From: Mantamonas sphyraenae STR306
Lineage: Eukaryota; Protista; CRuMs
DNA length: 64,000 nt
NCBI GenBank assembly: GCA_026936335.1
Contig: JAPMXV010000057.1
Location: 62,001 to 126,000 of the forward strand
Direction of reading: 5' to 3'
The translations under genes were made by a program, and so were the position numbers. Of the stretch, positions 25,408-36,837 are shown in pieces (within the stretch, counting starts at the first letter, position 1; each line of letters opens with the position of its first letter). The notes beneath the pieces were generated by a model that was not told the DNA's origin, did no database searches, and saw nothing but the letters and a program-made list of their open reading frames with translations.

Positions 25408-26791
25408 TCACGCTCGCAGCTGCACGAGGAAGCGCACCTTGCCCACAATCTCTTGGGCCATGGCGGGCGACTGTGCCTCGTAGTAATACATGCGCTTCTC
25501 ACTCTCCTCAAAGTATTCGATCTCAAACTTGGCCTTGCCATCCTCGTGGTAGACCTCGAGCACATCGTCGATCTCGTGTGTGCCCTTGCGCACACGCTTG
25601 CTGTTCCGCGACAGGAAGCTGCTGCCCTTGGATGGCAGCATGTTGTAGATCCGTTCTCGATCGATGCCCATGATGCGCAGTTGCCGTCTTCCACGGTTGT
25701 TGGTCTTCCACACCTCGTACTCCTTGTACTGGCTGGCTGTAAACTCGCTAAACAGCAGAATCTCTGGCGAGTCGTCCACATCGGTCGATGATGACGAACT
25801 GCCCCCTTCACTGTTGCTGCTGCTCCCCTTGCGCAGTCCCAATCCCTTGGCCAGTTTCGATTGCACAGACCCTGCACGTCCCCGTGCCCCTGCCCCTCCC
25901 GTTTCCATCTCGGCACGCTTCAGACGTTCCTCCTCCAGCATGTTGGCCACCTTTTGGTTTGTGATCACCAGTTGCAACTCGTCCTCATCGTAGCTTTTCA
26001 CCGTGCGTGTGAGCACCAGGGGTTGGGGAAAGTCCATCATCTGGAACACACAGTCTTCGGGCTTGAGATCGATCTTCTTGCACACCACCGCACGCAGTTC
26101 CCCCACCGTCATGTCTTCCCTCACACTCAGACGCGTCGTCGCATTGCCAGGCAGGAAGATCTTCATCAGATGCTCCTTCACCTTGGGTTTCTGGCCCGAA
26201 CGACGCATTGCCTCCGCCTTCATGGCCACCACTTGCTTCGGTGGGTTCGGGTTTTCGCACAGCGCAAAGCACGACGAACCAAACTTGAGCAGGGGTCGCT
26301 TCTTGTCCAATGCTGTGGAGACCACGTATAAAGAGGGGGAGGGGGGGTGAGGTTCAATCCCAAAGGGTGGTGTCAGTACTTGGAGAGGGGGGGATTTGTG
26401 GTGAAGTGGCACCATTTTCCAGCTTTCCTGATCTCTCGCCGTTTCGCTCAACTCACGGAACTCTGCATCAACTTCGCCATCCTCTTCTGCCAGGCGCATG
26501 ATGTAGGCATCGACGTGGCAAATCATGCCAGCCACTTTGTTGTTGATGGCCTCGACGACGGCCAGGCCGATTGCTTGGGCCACAAGAGTCTGGCTGGGAA
26601 CCTCGATCTTGACAAAGGCCGGCTTGGCAAAGTCCAGAAAGACCTTGAGGTTGTGTGTGCGCTCGCCGTCGCGGATAACGGGCTGTGCACGAGGGTGGTC
26701 CCATGCTCAGGGTGTAAGCCAGCCGTGTTTCGGGGCAAAAACGGCAGGGAGGGCCGGGAGGTTGGGAAATGGGAGTTGGGCCAAAAAAGAA

Positions 26792-26830
<39 letters not shown>

Positions 26831-27448
26831 TTTCAAAGAACTTGGGGATGCCTGCACCCAGGGATGACTTTGCGATCTGCTGCGAGAGCTGACTGCGTGG
26901 TCCCTTGCCATCATCGTCTGTGTCTCCGTTTCTGCTGCTGCTGCTGCCGCTCCGCTGCTGCTGCTTGTGTCCACCTCTGTCTTGCCAAACAAGTCGGTGT
27001 TTACCTGCGTCAGGCGCTCGTCATCAGCTTGGAACTGAATGAGCACAGGCTTCTTTGCCTGTGCCTTGCCTGCCGCCCCTGGTGCAGCCGATGCTCGCTT
27101 GGCTGCGCCTGACGCCCCCTGTTGCGCTTGTGGCTGCGACTGCCGTGCGCCCCCCGCCGATTGCCCTCCGTCTCCGCTGCCGCTGCTTGCCCCAGAGCCC
27201 GATTCGGCCCCTGCCGACGCACCGGATGCACTGTTGCCTTCGTTCACAGGTGTGCCTTGAATCATACTGAGACGCTGCTTGAACGAGCCCGTGGGCGCAC
27301 CCGATTTGCCTGCGTCGCGTTCGTCCACCAACATCGACGCCTTGTTCTCAGGCGAGATTGTCATCAGCTCGCACACATCGTCCCTCACATCCTGTTCAGC
27401 AAACCGAATGAACTTGATCACCCCTTCGACGTCGTGGATGGTCGACAT
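25408..27448 (-). CDS. MAPKAP1: TORC2 subunit SIN1/Avo1 (CRIM, Ras-binding and PH domains; multi-exon)
   Basis: N-terminal MSTIHDVEGVIKFIR..DDVCELM; AYIMRLAEEDGEVDAEF..LDKKRPLLKFG..FALCE (CRIM); RBD; PH YKEYEVWKTNNRGRRQLRIMGIDRERIYN..AQEIVGKV. Confidence 0.85.
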
Positions 27449-27661
27449 GGGGTGGAGACAATGGGAAGAGGAGGGGTGTGTGCTGTGCTTTTGTTTTGCT
27501 GTAGCAAACGTGAACGCGAACATGGGGTGACAGAGGACAAAGGGGGGGTAGTGGGGGGCAATGGGTGGGGGTAAGGGAGAGGGGGGGGGATGGGATGAGA
27601 TGATGGGTTGCATGTTCATTGCGCCAGGGACGCCAACCCATATCAAGAACACAGCAGCAGG

Positions 27662-28795
27662 ATGCCGTTGCCGCCTTCGGACTCGCTTGTGAAGTACGAC
27701 ACAGCGGAGCTGGTGAGCACGACAAAGAAGGAGAAGAAGGAGAAGAAGGGCAGCAAGAAGGGCGCTGGATCGTCGTCCAGCAGTTCCAGCTCCTCATCGT
27801 CCGAAACCACACGCACAGAGGAGATTCTTGACTCCATCTTGCCTCCTCGCGAGTACATCGAAGAAGGCCAGCTGTGGATCCAGCGAGTGTCGTCCACTCC
27901 GGCCACCCGTCTCGACGTCGTCAACCTTCAGGTACGTGATGCACACCCACGTCTGTCCCCACCCCCCCCCCAGTGTCCATCCCTCCTCTGCGACGTTGGC
28001 TCCCGTTTGTGTCGGCGCCAACGGCTTTTTTCGCGCCAGCTGACCCCTCGTTTGCACGCCCCACCGCCCAACAGGAGCAACTGGATCTCAAGCTGCAACA
28101 GCGACATGCGCGTGAGACGGGCATCTGCCCCGTGCGCCAAGAATTGTATTCACAGGCGTTTGGTACGTGGCACTACAGCGGGAAATAGGCTTTTCAGAGG
28201 CCGTTTCGCACTCGCTTTCCAGCAGCCCCTGCGCTCCAACAGGCACCCGCATGACTACATGCGGCATGCACATGCGTGCATTGGCACTGTGTGCATCGTT
28301 GGGACATGTCCATGTGCTGTGGTTTCCTGTGTGTTGATGAGAAACGTGTCTGACACACCGTTGGCGTTCCCCTCCTCCCCCTCCACCCCACACACACACA
28401 CACACACACACACAGACGAGGTGATTCGTCAGGTGACCATCAACACAGCAGAGCGAGGATTGCTGCTGCTGCGAATCCGGGACGAGCTGAAAATGACCAT
28501 TGCGGCGTACCAGACACTGTACGAGAGCTCGATTGCCTTTGGCATGCGCAAGGCGCTGCAGGCGGAACAAGGCAAGGCAGACATGGAGGCTCGCATTGAG
28601 GAGCTGGAAAGCGAGAAGAATGATTTGGAGAAGCAGGTGCAGGAGCTCAAGGCCACGTGTGAGGCCATTGAGAAGCGGGAGTCGGAACGTAGGGCCATGG
28701 ACGAGAAGAAGCACGCCGAGGAGATTGCTTTCCTCAAGCGCACCAACATCCAGATGAAGACGCAGCTGGAACAGATTCTGTCGCCCAAGAAGTGA
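27662..28795 (+). CDS. DNALI1: Axonemal inner-arm dynein light chain p28 (exons ~27662-27931, 28075-28162, 28415-28795)
   Basis: PPSDSLVKYD, EEILDSILPPRE, VSSTPATRLDVVNLQ, ARETGICPVRQELYSQ and ERGLLLLRIRDELKMTIAAYQTLYESSIAFGMRKALQAEQGK. Confidence 0.97.
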   Translation: MPLPPSDSLVKYDTAELVSTTKKEKKEKKGSKKGAGSSSSSSSSSSSETTRTEEILDSILPPREYIEEGQLWIQRVSSTPATRLDVVNLQVRDAHPRLSPPPPQCPSLLCDVGSRLCRRQRLFSRQLTPRLHAPPPNRSNWISSCNSDMRVRRASAPCAKNCIHRRLVRGTTAGNRLFRGRFALAFQQPLRSNRHPHDYMRHAHACIGTVCIVGTCPCAVVSCVLMRNVSDTPLAFPSSPSTPHTHTHTHTDEVIRQVTINTAERGLLLLRIRDELKMTIAAYQTLYESSIAFGMRKALQAEQGKADMEARIEELESEKNDLEKQVQELKATCEAIEKRESERRAMDEKKHAEEIAFLKRTNIQMKTQLEQILSPKK

Positions 28796-29020
28796 GCGTG
28801 GTGGCAACCGGCGCACACACACACACACATGCACGCACACACCCGTGGGGGGCAGTGGGCAAGCGTGGCAACGTGGGCAACGTGGGAAACGTGCTGTGCT
28901 GTGCAACGACGAGACAAGGGAGAGCGGAGAAATGGACGCGACACAAATTGCATTGCATGAATGGTTTCTTTGGTTGGTTGTGGTGTTGGTGTGATGGTGA
29001 ATGGGAAGATCGTGTGCTGT

Positions 29021-31125
29021 TTACAGACCCAGGTCGTCGAGGGTCTTGTTGGTCCAGGAGAGAAAGTCAAAGAGGCCGTCGTTGTAGAAGAGGTAGATGA
29101 GGTAGCAGGCAAAGGCATAAAACACAAAGAGGGCGAGGGTGTCGACGGCGTTGAAGAACGGGGACGGGGTGATGGCAACGGTGGGGTTGTCCGCCTTGAG
29201 CATCTCCATGACAGGGTCAGGCATGTCATTGCCACACAGCAGGGCATCCACTTCCTTGGCCACACGTTCTCCCGAATCCAGGGCACCCTCCATGTAGCCG
29301 GCAAAGTCGGTGGCCGTCTCGGTGCCGGCAAAGTGCACCAGTCCCACAGGCTCACGCAGGGCCTCACCCACCTGGGTCAGCACACCCGGGGCAAACAGGG
29401 ACGAGTAGGCACCGCGAGAGTACGGCTCTGCCATCCAATCCATGTCCACATAGTCCACGGGGCTGCGTGCTTCCTCGCATCCAAACAGAGTGGCGTACTG
29501 CTCCGCCACCAGCTTGCCACGCTCCTCCATGCTCAACTTGCTCAGGTTGCGCGCATCCGCACCTCCAATGAATCCCAGCAGGGCGTACGACTCCTGTCCG
29601 TCGTCTGTGAGTCCGCTGTCGTCAAAGGTGCTGCTCACGGGACCCTCCACGTCTGCGGCAATGCCGTTCAACCCACGCTGACGCCACCAAGGCGATGCGT
29701 AGAAAGAAATGGTTTTGATGATGGCGCCCATCGGGGTGCGATCCTGCAGGTGGAGACGATCACCGGGCAGCTGCGGGTCAAATTCGATGCTGCGTGCCAC
29801 GGTGGGCGACATGGCCATGACCAGACGACGTCCTGTGACCACGGTGCCATTGGTGCATGTGACCACCACGGTTTCGTCTGCCTCGTCCTGTTCAATGCGA
29901 GCCACCGCAGCGTTGAGCAGCACCGAGTTGCCCGGCAGCTTCTCTGCCAACCCCTGTGCAAGCTGCTGGCTGCCACCTTCCACCATGTACTTCTGTGCTC
30001 CCTGCGACGTCTCTGTCAGGTACGTCAGGTTGTGGCCACTGTGTGAATACCACAGCAGGCTCAGCTGAGACACCTCGCTCGCCTCGGCACCCAGAACCGC
30101 CTGTCGTACAGTGGGTGTGTGGGTGTTTGTCAGTGTCTTTGTACTGGGATTCCCCAATACGAGCTGTTGCTCTCTGTGTGTGTGTGTCTCTCTCTCTATC
30201 TGTCCCTGTGGTGGGGTTGGTGTGCACGTACACGAGTGGTGATGTCCACAATGTCGCCAGCCTCCTCCGTCCACAGCGTCTTGTTCTTCCACGCCTCCAC
30301 GGTAACCGAATCGAGGGCGTCGGCCTGTGCACGCAATTTCCATCGTGAGAGACAGTGTCCATAGCAAGTCGCACGGGCCGTGTGTGTGTGTCTGTGTGAG
30401 TATCCAGAACGTTCTCAGATTCGTCTCGTACGGATTGATTGCAAAAAACCACGCGAGGGAAGTGGGCAAAAAACGCCAACGGTGGACGAACAAGAGACCA
30501 CACAGCACACAGGGATGCACGTACAGAAATGTTGAACCAAGGCTTGTCCTTGGGGATGGCCGGGCAATTGGAGTCGATGTCCTGGATGGCATGGCCGAGG
30601 TCAAGAAGGGCAGGCAAGGAGAGGCTGGGCCTGGTGCCTTCGGCGTAGAGATGACGGCCCTTGGAGGTGCGCAGGACACACTTGCCCTTGGTGGGCACCT
30701 CCTTCACGTTGACCGACAGTTCTTTAGCCAGGGCCAGAACGCGTGTCTGTGCACCGATGTGCGGACAGCGCGCAGGGGCCGTATGGAAGTCAGCAAGGAG
30801 CCAGAAGGGAAACCGGATGCATGGCCGTGTCAGGAACTGTGTGTAGGAGACAGGAACAGGAGAGGCAAGCGGAGAAGGAGGGATAAAAGATGATGGCAAG
30901 GTGCATACAACGTACCTGCTTGTCGCCAACAAACTGCGCTCCCATGTCGATGACATGGCCCTCGTGGTCAACCGAGTAGACGCGGCCTCCGACTCGGTCA
31001 CGAGCCTCGAGCACCACCACGCTGTGGCCCTGTTTGTGCAGGTTGACGGCAGCCTGGAGGCCTGCCAGGCCTGCGCCGACAACAACGACATCGTATTGCT
31101 TGCTGGAGGTTGAGGACACACTCAT
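29021..31125 (-). CDS. Flavin-containing monoamine oxidase family protein with C-terminal TM anchor (multi-exon)
   Basis: YDVVVVGAGLAGL..VVVLEARDRVGGR, DMGAQFVG, GGSQQL, DWMAEPYSRGAY and VHFAGTETA..GYMEGALDSGER. Confidence 0.92.
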
Positions 31126-31188
31126 GTGGATTGGGGTTGATTCGGGGGTGGTGCGGGCGGCGCAGCAGACTGATTGTGCGCACCTCCG

Positions 31189-33636
31189 ATGCAGTGGGAG
31201 GACACCGTGGAGCGGTTTGTGCAGCAGGTGGTGGCACAGCCCACACGCTTCCTGACCCCGGATGCCGATGTGGAAGAGCAAGCACTGGAGGTGACCAAGC
31301 AGCTGTTCAAACAGAGTGAGTCCGGCGTGATGGCAAAGCGAGGGGGCATGTGGATGGGTGTGCGAGTGACCGTGTGCCATGTTGGAGTGATAGTTTTGCC
31401 ATGAATTGGATGGGCACATGGCACATGGAAGAGGGCACATGGGTTGGGACGTGGGGATAAGGCGGGGTTGGGGGGTCAGAGTGAGTGTTTGACGCATGCG
31501 CGGGCATCGAGGCTCACACACAGACGGGGTGTGCACAGGCAAGGAGGATGAACCCAAGGCCATGGGAGGTCTGGATGAGCTCATCACACAGGGGTTTACC
31601 CACGAGCAGATCTGGCAGCAGTTGCAGATGCGCAACGGACCCATGCTGGCTTACCTGGAGAAGAAGAGCCGGAAGCTGGTCTCCCAAGGCGACGAACTTC
31701 AACTCGAGCTGGAGCTGGAACTGGGCCAGCAGGACGACGAAAGCTTGGACGACAGTGAGCAAGAGCTGCTGGACTCGGAGGAGGACGGGGAAGCAAGCGA
31801 GGAGGACGACGATGTGGAGGCGTGGGGAGAGGAAAGCAGCGAGGACGAAGAGCAGGCGGATTTCCAGGCACAGTTCGAGGAGGAAGATGAGGACGAGGAT
31901 GAGGATGAGCAAGATGCAAAGGTGGAAGACGGATTTCTGGATTTGGCGGAAATGGAGGAGTTTGTGGCCGCAGGCGAACGGATGGAGTACGGCGAACAGG
32001 ACTTTGGGGACATTGCAGAGGTCAAGTACGCCGACAGTGACTCGGACATCGATTATTTCCAGGATCTGCCATCGGAAGACGAGGCGAATGGAGGAGGAGT
32101 GCAGCATGAAGATGTGGATGAGGATGACGAGGACGAGGAGGACGAGGACGAGGACGGAGAAGGCGGGGATCTCATTGCCATGCTGAGGCAGTCGCGAAAG
32201 ACGGCGGGAATTACAGATTACGACAGCGATGAGGATCGGTTGGAACGCACGCTGGCCAAGGAGAGCCGCAGCAAGGCAAGGAAGTTGACACGAGATGACT
32301 TTGATGTGCTGGAGGTGCAGGAGGGCGACGGAGGGTTGATGCAGCTGAACGATGGAGGCAGGGTAGGCAAGAAGGGAAGCAGCAAGAAGAACAAAGGAAG
32401 AGGAGGAGGAGGAGGCAATGACACAGTGGGTGCATTGGGACCCACATACAAGGAGTTTTTCGATCCGCCGAAGCGCAAGGGAAGGCGTGGGGGGGCTCGA
32501 CGCAGATTTGATAAGCAGGCGAGCAAAAGGGCAGGGATGGACGACAGCGAGGGATGGGAAATGTGGGAGGAGGAAGGGGAAGGAGAGGAGGAAGTGGAGG
32601 AGGAGGGAAGGCGAAGGAAGGCGGGCAAGGGTGCACGTGGGGGCGAGGTGGATTTGGACGAACAATTCATGGAGTCGATCCGCAAGCAACGACAGGAGAT
32701 GTTTGCCAAGGGCAAGGGAGGCAATGAGGATGAAATGGACAAAGAGGAGGGAGAGGACGAGGACGAGGAAGAGGACGAGGAGACGGAGTATGAGAGGAAG
32801 CAAAAGAGGCTGGAAAGGCAAATCGAAGAGCTGGAGTCAAAGAACCTGGGAGAGAAGCATTGGTCGATGACAGGCGAGGTGGAAGCGAGCAAGCGCCCTG
32901 CAAACAGTCTGCTGGACACGGTGTTGGAGTATGAACAGGCGACAAAGATTGCGCCTGTGATCTCGGAGCAATCGACGACTGCACTGGAGGACATCATCAA
33001 GAGGAGGATTGTGGAGGAGCGGTGGGACGACGTGGTGCGCAAGGTGCAGCTGGAGGACAAGCGGGAAAAGAAGCAGCTTGTGGAGCTGAACCACGAAAAG
33101 AGCAAAAAGTCGCTGTCGCAGGAGCTGGAGGAGGAATACCTGGCACAGTTGGAGGCGAGGAGACGTGCACAGAAGGGATTGACGGGTGACGAGGACGCAG
33201 AACGGGATCCGAGGTACGTGGAGATGGATGCGCTGTTCAAGAAGCTGTGCTACAAGCTCGACTCGCTGAGCAACTTTCATTTCACGCCGAAACCGGATCT
33301 GGAGGAGGTGGAGGTGACAAGCAATGTGGCCGCCCTGAACATGGAGGAGGTGATCCCCGTGGGTGTGAGCGACAGCTCGATGATGACCCCGGGAGAAATC
33401 TACGCCGCCAAGCGCAAGCCAGTGACGGGCGAGACGGAACGCACACGGGAAGACCGCAAAACGGCACGTTTGGAGAAGAAACGACAGAAGCGGAAACGAC
33501 TGGCTGGCATCGAAGAGAGTCGCAAGGTGCGTGCCAAGCTGGATCCAGAGTATGCCAAGAAATACCACCAACGCAAGGCGCTGGAAAGGGCAGCCAATGC
33601 ACGCAATGTCACTGTGGCCGGAGCAGATGGTCAGGT

Positions 33637-33670
<34 letters not shown>

Positions 33671-33830
33671 GGTGGTGGGTGGTGGTGCAGAGCAGGTCAA
33701 GACCAGCTCGGCCTTTTTCGAACGACTGCAGGCCGAGGTCAGCCGGGGCATTGCTGGCGAGAAGGAACAGCTACAAGAGAAGGAGAAGCAGCGCAGTGGC
33801 AAGGGCGGAGGCAGCAAGTACAGATTGTGA
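31189..33830 (+). CDS. MPP10: U3 snoRNP protein MPP10 (intron ~31316-31539; apparent 1-nt frameshift near 33677)
   Basis: LITQGFTHEQIWQQLQMRN, EKHWSMTGEVEASKRPANSLL, LEDIIKRRI, LCYKLDSLSNFHFTPKP and MEEVIPV; the C-terminal KTSSAFFERLQ is in the adjacent frame. Confidence 0.93.
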
Positions 33831-34003
33831 GAGGGAAGCGGTGTGTTTCTTGTCGCGCGTGGAGTAAAATGCAGTCCCCTGCCCCAACTGGATGTTGGAA
33901 TCCCAACATTGCAAGACACAAACACAGGACCAAGGATGAGAATAACCTGTTTGGAATGCATTTGGATGGTGATGATCGCGTGCACGAACCAAAAAGATTA
34001 CGC

Positions 34004-35027
34004 TTACTTCCAGCTGTGGCGACCACGCGCACGCTCGAACTTGCGGCCGTTGGCGCGGACATAGGGGCGGGTGCTGCTGTGCGGGGTACCCGGGGCAGCG
34101 CCAAAGTACTTGAAGACCTTGCGGGCCTTGACCGGGCCACGGAGGAGGACGGCGTTGGAGCCGGTGGGGTTCTCCAGTGCAAACTGGTCAAAGGTGATGA
34201 TGCGGCCACCAGCGTTGAGGATGCGAGCGCGAGCCGACTTGGTCACACGCAGGGCGCACACGTTGAGGGCGGGCACGTTGAGCATGCGCTCGTCGTCGGT
34301 GATGGTACCGACCAGCACAGCCACGCGGTTCTCCTTGCCCTTCATCAGACGGGCCAGCTTGCTCAGCGAGAGCGGGGCACGGTTGTTGCGCGACATGTAC
34401 AGCCTCTTCAACACAACCTTGTTGAAGTTGGAGTTGGTGCGGCGGGCCAGGAAGCGATACAGCTTGACCAGCAGGCGCAGGTACAAATCCTGGCTCACGG
34501 GCGCGGTGCGCGACGAGTTCTTACGGCGGCCTCCTGCAATCAAGTCGATACCCTGTAGAGTGTGGATGTGTGGAATGCGTGTAGGACATGTGTGAGCAAA
34601 CGTGTGCCGGTGGTGGTCGTCGTCTGACGCACTGCCTGGTGCGGTAGGGCCAGGTGGAGCAGCGGGCAGAATCGCATGCGAAAAAACTGCATGCACCACA
34701 CGCGCCCGCACACGGTCATGCACACCTCGGAACACATCGACACATGCACCCATGTGTCGGGGAGACATGTTTGCAGGGCTGGCTATGGCCAGATTCGGTG
34801 TGGCACGTGTGTGGCGCGTGCGGAGGCGTGCAGAGGGCCGGGCTGGCCTTTTTGGCAAGGGGCAGAGGAGCGAGGGCAATGAGTGCCGCCTTTGGGGACA
34901 CAGCCTCTGCGCACGCGTGCGCTGCGGTGGGGGAATGCCACGTGCACAGGGTTCACATGGTCACACATGGGAGTGGCTGGGCAGATGGGTGTGCAAGAGG
35001 CAACATGTGGGAGTACCAACGAACCAT
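34004..35027 (-). CDS. RPL18: 60S ribosomal protein L18 (eL18); main exon 34004-34552, probable ATG-only exon at 35025-35027
   Basis: [45 protein letters not shown]. The first exon position is inferred from ATG|GTTCGT. Confidence 0.95.
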
Positions 35028-35090
35028 TGTGTTTTCTTGCTTTGTGGTGTTGGACGCGGCGCCGCAGGAAAGCAATCACACTCATTGAGG

Positions 35091-36749
35091 TCAGGAGGCA
35101 TGTTCCTTGGGTCTGCCACGATGCCATCTGGAGACAGCCCACCAATGCCACATGGCAAGGGCAATCATGCCGAGATGCATGACGGCGAGGAGGACGCTGT
35201 TGTTGACGTCGAAGCGACCCACGCGCAACATGTCGTACAACACAGTGTAGTACGCCTCATCGTAGGCGAAGCACATGGCGGCAACGGCGCCCGGTCCAAA
35301 CACACCCGGATGGTGCAGGACAAAGGGCAGGCTCCAGGAAATCCACAGGAGGAACTGAACGTGGATGCCCTTGGACAACCCATACCCGATGGCGTTGCTC
35401 ATGATAAACAGCGCCACAAGCGCCTCGCTCTCCAGAGTGGGGCCATGTGTCTGTGGTGATGATGATGATGAGGAGGAGGAGGAGGAGGAGGAGGAGGATG
35501 AGGGCTGCTTGTGTGCTCGCTGCTGGTAGCGAGAGGCGGCTCGCTTGAGGGTGGAAAACAGGAGGGCGTACATGATGACCAGGGCGACGACGGTGGTGAG
35601 GAGCAGGGAGAGGCCGAACCAGGAAGCGGTGGCCATCTCCTTGCCCAGGAACTTCCATGCGTAGTTGTTTGTCCATGTAAAGTTGCGTGAAAAGTTAAAG
35701 GCGTGGCGAAGGTAGGCCATGGGTGCCTCGAGGAGGAAAGGCAGGGCAAGGAGGAGTTGAACGACACCCATGACGCCAAAGTGGAGCACCACCTTGGCGA
35801 GGGGCAAACGCAGCAGGTACCAGAGGAGCAGGGGAGGGCCGTAGAAGAGGTTGTTCATCTTGAGGGCAACGGCAGTGGTGTATGCCAGCGAGGCAATCCA
35901 CAGGCGGTCGTTGAGGACAGCGTAGACACAGAGGACGATGACCAGGGTCGGATAGACGTCGTTGGTCACCTTGGCGACGGTGACGTGGAGGGCATGTGCG
36001 GAGAGGAACGGGTACACCAGCAGGAGGAGGTGTTTGGGCAGGCGTGCGTGACGCACAAACATGTGTGCAGCAAGCAGGTGGTGGAGCACATAGGCAGCCA
36101 AACCCAACAGCTGGGCACGCGTGTAGTTCCAGTTGCACAGCCAAGCCACGCCTGCATACAGCCAGGTGAAGGCCGCAGGGTAATAGTCGGGTCCCAACGG
36201 ACACTCCAGGTTGGCATAGTTGCGCTCGCCGCCGAGTACGGCGTTGCCAAACAGCATGTAGCAGTCAAAGTCGCAGCGATCCTGAGTGCCGACCAACCGC
36301 AGCCCCATGGCGGTGTCCAGCACCGCCAGGATGAGCAGAAAGGCCCAGGTGGGCAGTGCATCCACTGTGTCGATGAGCACACGCACGGGTGCGCGTTCAA
36401 AGTCATGTCGGAACGATCCGGGAGCGGAGGACGAGCGCCTCCTCGTTGCAGCCTGTTCGCTCACCTGGTCCGTCGCCTTGCTCAGCTGCAACGGCGGGGG
36501 CGGAGAGTGTTTGGCCTTGTGTGGGGTGCCTCCAGCAGAGGAGGAGGAGTGGGACGTGTGTGTGGACGCCGGCTGATGTGCAGACGAGCCTGCAGGCGAG
36601 GAGGGCGAGGTGGGCGGTGAATGGAGAGCGTTGTTGTTCGCCCCTCCCTTCGGGCTGCTGCTGTCCATGTGCACCTTTTTCCCGTGGCTGTGACTTCGAG
36701 AACGTCCTGTCGACGCATTGTCGCCGGCCATGGTGACGGGACGCAACAT
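35091..36749 (-). CDS. ALG3: ALG3-like Dol-P-Man alpha-1,3-mannosyltransferase (GT58)
   Basis: DFDCYM..GERNYANL..LGPDYYPAAF, ALKMNNLFYGP, YLRHAFNFSRNF.W..WKFL and IGYGLSKGIHVQFLLW; multi-TM. Divergent (KVTND for RLFND) and the start codon is uncertain. Confidence 0.75.
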   Translation of the reverse strand: MLRPVTMAGDNASTGRSRSHSHGKKVHMDSSSPKGGANNNALHSPPTSPSSPAGSSAHQPASTHTSHSSSSAGGTPHKAKHSPPPPLQLSKATDQVSEQAATRRRSSSAPGSFRHDFERAPVRVLIDTVDALPTWAFLLILAVLDTAMGLRLVGTQDRCDFDCYMLFGNAVLGGERNYANLECPLGPDYYPAAFTWLYAGVAWLCNWNYTRAQLLGLAAYVLHHLLAAHMFVRHARLPKHLLLLVYPFLSAHALHVTVAKVTNDVYPTLVIVLCVYAVLNDRLWIASLAYTTAVALKMNNLFYGPPLLLWYLLRLPLAKVVLHFGVMGVVQLLLALPFLLEAPMAYLRHAFNFSRNFTWTNNYAWKFLGKEMATASWFGLSLLLTTVVALVIMYALLFSTLKRAASRYQQRAHKQPSSSSSSSSSSSSSSSPQTHGPTLESEALVALFIMSNAIGYGLSKGIHVQFLLWISWSLPFVLHHPGVFGPGAVAAMCFAYDEAYYTVLYDMLRVGRFDVNNSVLLAVMHLGMIALAMWHWWAVSRWHRGRPKEHAS

Positions 36750-36837
36750 GGTGCGAGGCAGAGGAACGTGGGAGTTGCTTTGCCTGCGCCGGTTCGCCCA
36801 CACAACGAACCCAACAACCCAAAAAAAAACCCCAGCA

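Noticed and set aside
33670-33690. Frameshift in MPP10 as programmed recoding or a pseudogene
   Set aside because: It is a single extra G in a (GGT)n repeat of an essential gene; most likely an assembly indel.
34553-35024. snoRNA hosted in the long RPL18 intron
   Set aside because: No C box (RTGATGA) and D box pair was found on the sense strand; an H/ACA RNA cannot be assessed by eye.
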